Source: an uncultured Gemmatimonadales bacterium (GTDB lineage: Bacteria > Gemmatimonadota > Gemmatimonadetes > Gemmatimonadales > GWC2-71-9). Taken from it: a stretch of 64,000 bases of DNA. This document shows positions 53,479 to 64,000 of this stretch, piece after piece; the stretch's first letter is position 1, and every line of letters begins with the position of its first letter. The notes below the pieces were generated by a model, which did no database searches, was not told where the DNA came from, and worked only from the letters and a program-made list of their open reading frames with translations. The stretch is taken from the NCBI GenBank assembly GCA_963695555.1, contig CAVOGR010000004.1, positions 32,001-96,000 of the forward strand. The letters are read 5' to 3'. Made by a program: the position numbers and the translations under genes.

Positions 53479-54169
53479 TCACCTCGTTGCCCAAGCGCGG
53501 GATCGGTTTGCGCTCCGGGATTATCACGGGGCGATCCATTTTCTGAACGAGGTCATGGCGATGGGACATCGGTTTGCCGATGTCCATCATCTGCTGGGGC
53601 TGTGTCACTCCATGCTCGGCCAGCCCGACGAGGCCCTGCTCGACTTCGAGCGGGCGCTCGACCTCAATGCCGGATACTTGGAAGCCCACGTGCACCGCGG
53701 GATCGTCCTGAACGAGCTCGGCCGGGTGGACGACGCGCGTCGATCATTCGAAGCTGCCGAACGCGCCGATACCCCCACGGTGGCAGGCTTCCCGGCCCAC
53801 GTAGCCGGCTGTTTGGCGAATCGCCACGCCGCGTTGGGCGACGCGTATGCGGAGGCAGGGGCAGTGGAAGAGGCCGTCGCCCAATACCGTCGGGCCATCG
53901 AGCTGGGACCTGGCTTCTTCGACTTGCGGTATCGGTTGGCGCGGTTGCTTCTGGAGTCGGCCCACACGTTGGAGGCCCGCGACGAACTCGAACACGTCGT
54001 CGAGGAGCGCCCCGACTTCCTCGATGCCCAAGCGGCGCTCGGGCTGGCCCGATTCTTATCCGGCGACGCGGCCGGCGCCACCGATGTGTGGCGGGCATGT
54101 CTGGCCCGTCGCCCGGAGAACGTCCGGGTGGAAGCCTACCTCGCCATGGTCGGGCGGGCGGAGGAATGA
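53462..54169 (+). CDS. TPR repeat protein
   Basis: Repeated TPR-like helices (ADVHHLLG...FERALDLN; YRRAIEL). Confidence 0.8.
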   Translation: MTTSPDHLVAQARDRFALRDYHGAIHFLNEVMAMGHRFADVHHLLGLCHSMLGQPDEALLDFERALDLNAGYLEAHVHRGIVLNELGRVDDARRSFEAAERADTPTVAGFPAHVAGCLANRHAALGDAYAEAGAVEEAVAQYRRAIELGPGFFDLRYRLARLLLESAHTLEARDELEHVVEERPDFLDAQAALGLARFLSGDAAGATDVWRACLARRPENVRVEAYLAMVGRAEE

Positions 54170-55086
54170 GGGCCGTTTCCGGACGGGCCTTCGTGATGGG
54201 GGCCGTGCTTCTCGTGTCCTGCCGGCTCGCGGGACAAGAGCAAGTCGGCGACGTTGCGTACCGTGAGGCTCGATTTGCCGAGGCCCTCCAGGCCTACCGG
54301 CGGGCCAGCGACCGTACCGACGACCCCGGCATTCAGGCAAAACTCGGCGCGGCGGCCATTCGGGCCGGGGACGTTCGTGAGGCCATCGATGCCTATCGCC
54401 AGCTGGCATCTCGCGCACCGATCCGGAAAGAAGAAGCGGTTTACGGCATCGATTTGGCGGCCCGGATGGCCCTCGAGACCGGCGACGAGGAAGCCGTTCG
54501 CGAGGCCGTCATCGCGCTCGAAGCCCTGGCTCCTCGCTGGCCCGTCGGCCGGTATGCGCTCAGTCTGGTCCAGTCCCGCACCCTCCCAGTGGACGAAGAG
54601 CTTCGGCTCATTCCCGCCGCCATCGGGGCGGCGGGCGATCGCCCGGCCGCCGACTCCCTGCTTCGGGAGTACGCTCGGGCCCTTCGAACCTCTGCATCCT
54701 GCGATTTGGCGATTCAGGCATACCGGTCGCTTCGGCGCCGGACGGAGACGGACAACCCGTCCTTGGCTCGCGGGGCCGCGACGGAGTACGCCGCCTGCGC
54801 CCTGGAGCTGGGTCTGCGGGACGAGCGGGCGACGCCGTGGACGGCTGAGGAGTACTTCCGTGAGGCCATCGCGGTCGATTCCGCCAGCCCTGTCGGTCGC
54901 AGGAGCCTGGTGGCCTTCGGTGACGCTCGCATGGCGCAGGGTGACATGTTCGGCGGGGCGATGGCCTATCAGGCAGCCCTGGATCTCGCCGCCGAACCCG
55001 ACTCGATCGTCGACTTGGCCACGGAGCGCCTCAACAGTATCGCGGCCGCTCGCACCGTAGACGATTCCACCGCGGTGATTCCGTGA
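54166..55086 (+). CDS. TPR-like predicted lipoprotein
   Basis: LVSC lipobox; Ala-rich helical repeats; ATGA and GTGA overlaps with both neighbours. Confidence 0.7.
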   Translation: MRAVSGRAFVMGAVLLVSCRLAGQEQVGDVAYREARFAEALQAYRRASDRTDDPGIQAKLGAAAIRAGDVREAIDAYRQLASRAPIRKEEAVYGIDLAARMALETGDEEAVREAVIALEALAPRWPVGRYALSLVQSRTLPVDEELRLIPAAIGAAGDRPAADSLLREYARALRTSASCDLAIQAYRSLRRRTETDNPSLARGAATEYAACALELGLRDERATPWTAEEYFREAIAVDSASPVGRRSLVAFGDARMAQGDMFGGAMAYQAALDLAAEPDSIVDLATERLNSIAAARTVDDSTAVIP

Positions 55087-55859
55087 AATATCTCGCGCCT
55101 CTCGGGATCGCCCTGTGTGGGGTGGCATGCGGGCTGCCGTCGCCGGAGCCGTTGACGACGCCAATCGTACCGCTCGCGCAAACCGCCTCGCCCAGTGAAG
55201 TCGATTCGTTGTGGGATGCCGCCAACGGGAAGTTCCGGCAGGGCAAGTGGAGTGCCGCCGCGAGCATCCTGGAGCGCCTGGTTCTCGAATTCCCTCCCGG
55301 CGATCAGCGGCTTCCGCGGGCGAGACTCCTGCTGGGCAACGCGTACTTGGCCTCGAAGAGCCACCTCCAAGCCGTGCGCGAATTCCGTAAGCTGTCGGAC
55401 GAGCGGCCGGGCGATCCGTTGGCCGCCATGGGCCTGTTGCGTGCCGGCGACGCGTATGCCGGCCTGTGGCGCCGTCCTGAGCTCGACCCGTCCTACGGGG
55501 AAACCGCATTGGCGACCTACCGGGAGCTCCTCAATCGCTATCCCGACTCCGAGGCGGGGGCGCGGGCGCGGATCAGGATCGCCCAGCTGGAGGAGAAGTT
55601 CGCCATCAAGCAGTTCAAGTCGGCCCAGTTCTATTTTCGTCTCAAGGCCTACGACTCGGTCATCCTCTACCTGAAGGATCTGGTTGCGAGCTACCCCCGG
55701 ACCTCGACGGCCCCTGACGCGCTCGCGCTCCTGGTGGACGCGTATCGCAGGGTGGGATACGAAGAGGATGTGACGGAAACCTGCGGCTATATGCGCCGGT
55801 TCCATCCCAATGCGCGGCAGACCGCTGAAACGTGCCCGCTCGATCAGGCGGATTCGTGA
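55083..55859 (+). CDS. bamD: Outer membrane protein assembly factor BamD
   Basis: VAC lipobox; TPRs; LLNRYPDS, FYFR and YPRT patterns typical of BamD. Confidence 0.8.
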   Translation: MKYLAPLGIALCGVACGLPSPEPLTTPIVPLAQTASPSEVDSLWDAANGKFRQGKWSAAASILERLVLEFPPGDQRLPRARLLLGNAYLASKSHLQAVREFRKLSDERPGDPLAAMGLLRAGDAYAGLWRRPELDPSYGETALATYRELLNRYPDSEAGARARIRIAQLEEKFAIKQFKSAQFYFRLKAYDSVILYLKDLVASYPRTSTAPDALALLVDAYRRVGYEEDVTETCGYMRRFHPNARQTAETCPLDQADS

Positions 55860-56425
55860 CCGTTGGCCTGCTCGGCGGATCGTTCGACCCCATCCACCAT
55901 GGCCACCTCCTCGTCGCCCAAGCTGCGGTGGAGGTGCTTGGGCTCGATGAGCTCCGATTCGTGCCCGCGCGCCAGCAACCCTTCAAGGTTGGTCATCACG
56001 GGGCGAGCGCCGAAGACCGGCTCCGAATGGTTGAGATGGCCATCGCCGGCGAACCACGATTCGCGTTGGAGCAGAGCGAAATCGACCGGTCGGGACCATC
56101 GTTCACGGTTGACACCCTTCGTACCCTTCGAGACCGGGAACCAGGCCAGGCGTTCGTGCTGCTGGTTGGGGCCGATGCAGCGGCGGAGTTGCCCACGTGG
56201 CACCAGGCAGAAGAGATTCCACGGTTGGCCCGCGTGGTGATGTTCGCCCGGCCCGCTGGGCCGGACTCCCGAACGGTCGGAGGCTTCGAGGCCGTTCGGG
56301 TGCCGCAGGTAGACATTTCGGCGTCGGAGATCCGCCGTCGGGTGCGTGCCGGCCAATCGATTCGGTATTGGGTACCCGACGCGGTGCGAGACCACATTAC
56401 CGCCCGCCGGCTGTATTTGGACTAG
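55856..56425 (+). CDS. nadD: Nicotinate-nucleotide adenylyltransferase
   Basis: [14 protein letters not shown] and ISASEIR. Confidence 0.95.
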   Translation: MTVGLLGGSFDPIHHGHLLVAQAAVEVLGLDELRFVPARQQPFKVGHHGASAEDRLRMVEMAIAGEPRFALEQSEIDRSGPSFTVDTLRTLRDREPGQAFVLLVGADAAAELPTWHQAEEIPRLARVVMFARPAGPDSRTVGGFEAVRVPQVDISASEIRRRVRAGQSIRYWVPDAVRDHITARRLYLD

Positions 56426-56432
56426 GACGCGC

Positions 56433-59603
<3,171 letters not shown>

Positions 59604-59672
59604 CGGCGTAATCCGGCGCCGGTCGGCGCCCGTTTGGGTGGGTGAGCCACCGCGCCGGCCCCACATTGGCGG

Positions 59673-60356
59673 GTGGCTCCTCCTCTCGCCGACCTCCCCT
59701 CCGACGACCGTCCCCGAGAACGACTCTGGGCCCATGGCGCGTCTGCGTTGACGGCCACCGAACTTCTTGCCATCCTTGTAGGTACAGGGGCTCGGGGGTC
59801 CAGCGCACTCGAGGTGGCCCGGGATCTCCTCCGCCTGGGTGACGGGTCGCTCCGCCGGCTCGCCGGTCGGGTGCGCTCTGAATGGCTCGCCGTGCCCGGG
59901 GTGGGTCCCACCAAAGCGGCGCGCGTGCGGGTCGCTCTGGAGTTGGGGGCACGGTATGCTCGCGAAGCGCGCCCTCCCGTTCTCCAGGTTCGGGCGCCGG
60001 ACGACGTGGCCCAGTTGCTGGCCCCGAGGCTCCGGGACCTCGAGGTCGAGGAGTTCCATGTCCTGGCGCTGGACAGCCAGAGCCAGATCGTGCGCGACGT
60101 TCTCATCACCCGGGGTTTGTTGAACAGTTCGCTCGTGCACCCGCGGGAGGTCTTCCGGGCGGCGATCGTGGAGGCAGCGGCCGGAATCATCGTGGTGCAC
60201 AATCATCCGAGCGGAGACCCGACACCCTCACTCGAGGACCAGTCGGTCACCCGGCAGCTGGTGGCGGCCGGGCGTCTCCTCGATGTCCCGGTCTACGATC
60301 ACGTCATCATTGCCGGCGACCGGTTCGTGAGTCTTGCCACCATGGGACTACTGTGA
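59673..60356 (+). CDS. radC: RadC family JAB-domain protein
   Basis: RPRERL, VHPREVF and HNHPSGDPTPS...DHVII. Confidence 0.92.
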   Translation: MAPPLADLPSDDRPRERLWAHGASALTATELLAILVGTGARGSSALEVARDLLRLGDGSLRRLAGRVRSEWLAVPGVGPTKAARVRVALELGARYAREARPPVLQVRAPDDVAQLLAPRLRDLEVEEFHVLALDSQSQIVRDVLITRGLLNSSLVHPREVFRAAIVEAAAGIIVVHNHPSGDPTPSLEDQSVTRQLVAAGRLLDVPVYDHVIIAGDRFVSLATMGLL

Positions 60357-62515
60357 CGGGAACCCTTACCGACCTGACTCCGGCATTCCAGAGCGTGCTC
60401 AAGCGCCACGCCGACCGGCTGGATTTGGATCTCATCCAGCGGGCCTGGGCGTTCAGCGCGTCCGCCCACCGCGGCCAGAAACGGATGTCAGGCGAGGACT
60501 TCATCTCGCACAGTATCGCGGTGGCGATGATCCTGGCCGACCAACACCTCGACTCCACCTCGATCGCGGCAGCACTGCTCCATGACGTCGTCGAGGATTC
60601 CAACGTCCACCTCGAAGACATCGCCAAGGGGTTCGGCCCAGAGGTCACCGCGATCGTCGATGGTCTCACCAAGATCTCCCATCTGACGTTCCGGTCGACG
60701 ACCGAGGAACAAGTCGAAAACTACCGCAAGTTTTTGTTGTCCATCGCCAAGGATGCGCGGGTCATCATCATCAAGCTCGCCGATCGCCTGCACAACATGC
60801 GCACCCTGGAATTCCTGTCCCGCGAGCAACAGGAACGCATCGCCACGGAAACACGCGAAATCTACGCCCCGCTGGCGCACCGGTTTGGGATGGCAGGGGT
60901 CAAGGCCGAACTCGAAGATCTTGCCTTCAAGTTCTTGGAAACCGAGGACTACAACAAACTCAGTGCCCAACTCGCCGAGAGCCAGGCGGAACGGGATGAC
61001 GCGATCCAGCGTCTGAAGGAGCCCCTCGAGCGGGAACTCGAACGGGCCGGAATCGAGGGGTTCGAAATCACCGGCCGGTCGAAGCATCTGTGGTCGATCC
61101 ACCAAAAGATCACCCGCCGCAACAAGCCGTTGGACGAAATCTACGACCTCACGGCGTTGCGGGTGTTGGTCAAGACGGTCCCCGATTGCTATCACGTGCT
61201 CGGGATCATCCACCATACCTGGACCCCGATTCAGGAGCGGATCAAGGACTACATCGCAAGCCCCAAATCCAACGCCTACCAGTCGCTGCACACCACCATC
61301 TTCGGCCCGGGAGGGCAGCTGTTCGAGGTGCAGATCCGGACGGAGGAGATGCACCGGACGGCGGAATACGGCATCGCCGCCCACTGGGTGTACAAGGAGA
61401 CAGGCGACCGCGACGAGTTGGACCACGCCCTCGGATGGTTCCGGCAGCTGCTGGAGCTTCAGCAGGATGCCCAAGGGCCCGAGGAGTTTCTCGAATTCCT
61501 CAAGGTCGACCTGTATCAGGACGAGATCTTCGTGTTTACGCCTGAAGGCGACGTGAAGCGGCTCCCCAAGGGAGCGACCCCGATCGACTTTGCGTTCCAC
61601 GTCCACACCGAGGTGGGCCTCCGGTGCCAGGGCGCCAAGATCAACGGGCGGATCGCCCCGCTGCACCGCGAGCTCCGCAACGGGGAAACGGTCGAGATCC
61701 TCACGTCGCAGAGTGCCCGGCCCAGCCGCGATTGGCTGAGCCACGTGCACACTGCCCGCGCTCGGCACAAAATCCGCGCGTGGATCCGGCAGGAGGAGGA
61801 GACGGTCAGCCTCGATCTTGGTCGCGAAATCATCGCTCGTGAGCTGCGCCGCCGACGGCTCTCAGCCCCGAATGCGGACCGGATGGACGAAGCGGCCGAG
61901 GGACTCGGCCTCGCCAACGGGAAGCAACTCGAAGTGGCGGTGGGGCGGGGGGACGTCCCGATCGGCCAATTGATTCGGGCGCTGTTCCCGGATCTGCCGC
62001 GCGAGGCGGTCAAGGAACCCAAGCCAACCATGTTCGGCCGGGTGATCGACCGTATCCGGCTTGGCCGCGGCATCCGAATCCAAGGAGTCGACGGCCTGAT
62101 GGTGCGCTATGCCCAATGCTGTCAGCCTGTGCCGGGCGATCCGGTCGTCGGGTACGTGACTCAAGGGCGCGGGATCTCCATCCATCGGGCCGATTGTCCC
62201 AACCTGCTCACGCTCTCGACGACCGATCGCCGCGTCGAGATCGACTGGCAGGAGGTCGAAGGTGAGGCCTTTGCGGTGCGGCTGGCCCTGGCGGGGGAAG
62301 ACCGGCGTGGCCTCTACGCCGACATCATGCAGGCCATCAGTCAGACGGGCACCAACATCCAATCGGCTGACATCCATACCAAGGATGGCACGGTCTTCGG
62401 GACCATCTTCGTCGAGGTCGACAACCTGCCCCACCTCGGCAAGGTGCTGAAGGCCGTGCGGAAGGTGAAAGGGGTCACCGACGTCGAGCGCCGAGAGGCC
62501 CCCTCCCCCAACTAG
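60353..62515 (+). CDS. Bifunctional (p)ppGpp synthetase/hydrolase (long RSH, Rel/SpoT)
   Basis: Intact HD motif (LHDVVED), KLADRLHNMRT, RIKD, YQSLHT, and TGS and ACT domains. Confidence 0.95.
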   Translation: MTGTLTDLTPAFQSVLKRHADRLDLDLIQRAWAFSASAHRGQKRMSGEDFISHSIAVAMILADQHLDSTSIAAALLHDVVEDSNVHLEDIAKGFGPEVTAIVDGLTKISHLTFRSTTEEQVENYRKFLLSIAKDARVIIIKLADRLHNMRTLEFLSREQQERIATETREIYAPLAHRFGMAGVKAELEDLAFKFLETEDYNKLSAQLAESQAERDDAIQRLKEPLERELERAGIEGFEITGRSKHLWSIHQKITRRNKPLDEIYDLTALRVLVKTVPDCYHVLGIIHHTWTPIQERIKDYIASPKSNAYQSLHTTIFGPGGQLFEVQIRTEEMHRTAEYGIAAHWVYKETGDRDELDHALGWFRQLLELQQDAQGPEEFLEFLKVDLYQDEIFVFTPEGDVKRLPKGATPIDFAFHVHTEVGLRCQGAKINGRIAPLHRELRNGETVEILTSQSARPSRDWLSHVHTARARHKIRAWIRQEEETVSLDLGREIIARELRRRRLSAPNADRMDEAAEGLGLANGKQLEVAVGRGDVPIGQLIRALFPDLPREAVKEPKPTMFGRVIDRIRLGRGIRIQGVDGLMVRYAQCCQPVPGDPVVGYVTQGRGISIHRADCPNLLTLSTTDRRVEIDWQEVEGEAFAVRLALAGEDRRGLYADIMQAISQTGTNIQSADIHTKDGTVFGTIFVEVDNLPHLGKVLKAVRKVKGVTDVERREAPSPN

Positions 62516-62641
62516 GACCCAGGGTTTCGCCCACCGCGGGGTCCGAGCGCCCGCTTCCCCTCCAGAGTACTTTCGAGCCAATGCCCGTGCGCGACCAGCC
62601 CGACGCCGGGAGACATCGGTACCGCAACCAAGGGACCCCGA

Positions 62642-63049
62642 ATGGCGTATTGGATTCTCAAGACCGAGCCATCCACCTATGGCTACGCGAACTTGGAGCG
62701 AGACGGGACAACCAGATGGGATGGGGTCAAGAACCCGCTGGCACTCAAGCACATCCGATCGATGCGCCGTGGTGACGACGTCCTGATCTACCACACCGGC
62801 AAGGAAAAGGCCCTCGTCGGCAAGGCGCGGATCAGCACCGATCCGTACCCGGACCCCGGCGCGGACAACCCGGCGCTCGTGGTCGTGGACCTCGAGGCAT
62901 CAGGCCCCCTCCGCAAGCCCGTTCCCTTGAGCGCGATCAAGGCGGAGCAATCCTTCGCCGACTTGGCCCTCGTCAGAATGGGGCGGCTCTCCGTGGTGCC
63001 GGCAACGCCGAGTCAGTGGAAGCGGCTGCTCAAGATGGCGGGCGAGTGA
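62642..63049 (+). CDS. EVE domain protein
   Basis: YWILKTEP, WDGVKN, YHTG and RLSV. Confidence 0.9.
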   Translation: MAYWILKTEPSTYGYANLERDGTTRWDGVKNPLALKHIRSMRRGDDVLIYHTGKEKALVGKARISTDPYPDPGADNPALVVVDLEASGPLRKPVPLSAIKAEQSFADLALVRMGRLSVVPATPSQWKRLLKMAGE

Positions 63050-64000
63050 GCCCTCGCTTCGAGGTCGAGGCCCCGTTCGAGCCGGCCGGCGATCAGCCGA
63101 AGGCCATCGAGCAGCTCGTGGCCGGCCTTCAACGAGGTGATCGCTATCAGACGCTGTTGGGCGTGACCGGGTCCGGCAAGACCATGACCCTGGCGCACGT
63201 CATCGCGGCGATCGGCAGACCGACGCTGGTCATGTCTCACAATAAGACCCTGGCGGCCCAGCTGTACGGTGAGTTCCGGCAGTTCCTGCCACGCAATGCG
63301 GTGGAGTATTTCGTCTCCTACTACGACTACTACCAACCGGAAGCCTACGTCCCGGCGACCGATGTCTACATCGAAAAGGATGCGTCCATCAACGAAGACA
63401 TCGACCGGCTCCGGCTCCGGGCCACGTCGAGCTTGATGGAACGGGACGACGTCGTCATTGTCGCGTCGGTCAGCGCCATCTATGGATTGGGTGATCCCGT
63501 CGAGTATCGGAAATCGATGGTCACGGTGGCGCGGGGAGAAGCGCGCGGCCGCGACGCAATCCTCTCCGACCTCGTCGACATCCACTATCGCCGCAACGAC
63601 GCCGCCTTCGAGCCGGGGCACTTCCGGGTCCGGGGCGACACGGTGGAGATCTACCCGGCCTACGAAGAACAGGCCGTGCGAATCGAGCTCTGGGGCGATG
63701 ACGTCGAACGGATCGCCAAGATCCACCCGATCACCGGGGCCACGATCGCCGATCTCGACCGGTGCGCCATCTACCCTGCCACCCACTTCGTGACGCAACG
63801 CGAAACCATCGAGCGCGGTGTGGTACGAATCCGTGCGGAACTAAACGACCGCCTCCATTCGCTCCGCACCGCGGGCAAGCTGCTGGAGGCGCAGCGACTC
63901 GAGTCGCGAACCCAGTTCGACATCGAAATGCTGCTCGAGGTGGGGACATGTGCCGGCGTCGAGAACTACTCGCGACACTTGACTGGCCGGCAGGAGGGGG
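63046..64000 (+). CDS. uvrB: Excinuclease ABC subunit B (3' truncated by window; absent from the ORF track)
   Basis: GTG 63046; PAGDQPKAI, LLGVTGSGKT, HNKTLAAQL and YYDYYQPEAY. Confidence 0.96.
   Translation, partial: MSPRFEVEAPFEPAGDQPKAIEQLVAGLQRGDRYQTLLGVTGSGKTMTLAHVIAAIGRPTLVMSHNKTLAAQLYGEFRQFLPRNAVEYFVSYYDYYQPEAYVPATDVYIEKDASINEDIDRLRLRATSSLMERDDVVIVASVSAIYGLGDPVEYRKSMVTVARGEARGRDAILSDLVDIHYRRNDAAFEPGHFRVRGDTVEIYPAYEEQAVRIELWGDDVERIAKIHPITGATIADLDRCAIYPATHFVTQRETIERGVVRIRAELNDRLHSLRTAGKLLEAQRLESRTQFDIEMLLEVGTCAGVENYSRHLTGRQEG

Noticed and set aside
59882..60352. Long N-terminal extensions in the ORF track (rel, carB, wbpB-like, rmd, namZ, nagZ) suggesting fusions
   Set aside because: The extensions overlap neighbouring genes and are low-complexity; better starts lie at the stop-start overlaps
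59673..63049. radC and EVE genes as a defence or mobile module
   Set aside because: Full-length radC and a stand-alone EVE gene sit among secA, rel and uvrB with no nuclease or mobility genes

Overview
High-GC bacterial chromosomal segment made up almost entirely of housekeeping and cell-envelope genes. Gene content and style suggest Gemmatimonadota, but this is inference and was not tested. In order: exbB-exbD-exbD and a TonB-like gene; a peptidoglycan-salvage cluster (BadF-type sugar kinase, sodium:solute symporter, serine hydrolase, NagZ, divergent NamZ) interrupted by an ErpA/IscA gene; a PIP-synthase-like CDP-alcohol transferase plus myo-inositol-1-phosphate synthase; 2-oxoacid dehydrogenase E1a/E1b/E2; PHP, YfcC transporter, dienelactone hydrolase and a Ser/Thr kinase-TPR; trxB; a GT4/deacetylase/flippase-like trio; fumC; an Rrf2 regulator; moeB; tRNA-Leu(CAG); smpB-amidase-TPR-pyrD-pyrF; a stand-alone rpmJ-rpsM-rpsK-rpsD-rpoA-rplQ operon and rpmB; a long coupled run gmd-rmd-carB-murB-wbpDEBA-like-ugd-uxs-epimerase-TPR-TPR-bamD-nadD-secA-radC-rel; an EVE protein; and partial uvrB. 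No mobile element, prophage, CRISPR array or defence system was seen. Four genes carry apparent single-base frameshifts, most likely assembly errors. The best leads are inositol phospholipid synthesis, the lipoprotein-based MurNAc salvage cluster with no intergenic space between nagZ and namZ, an Arg-rich uORF upstream of the YfcC transporter, heptamer repeat elements, and an uncharacterised Cys-rich Rossmann protein. All calls come from motif recognition by eye; no searches were run.
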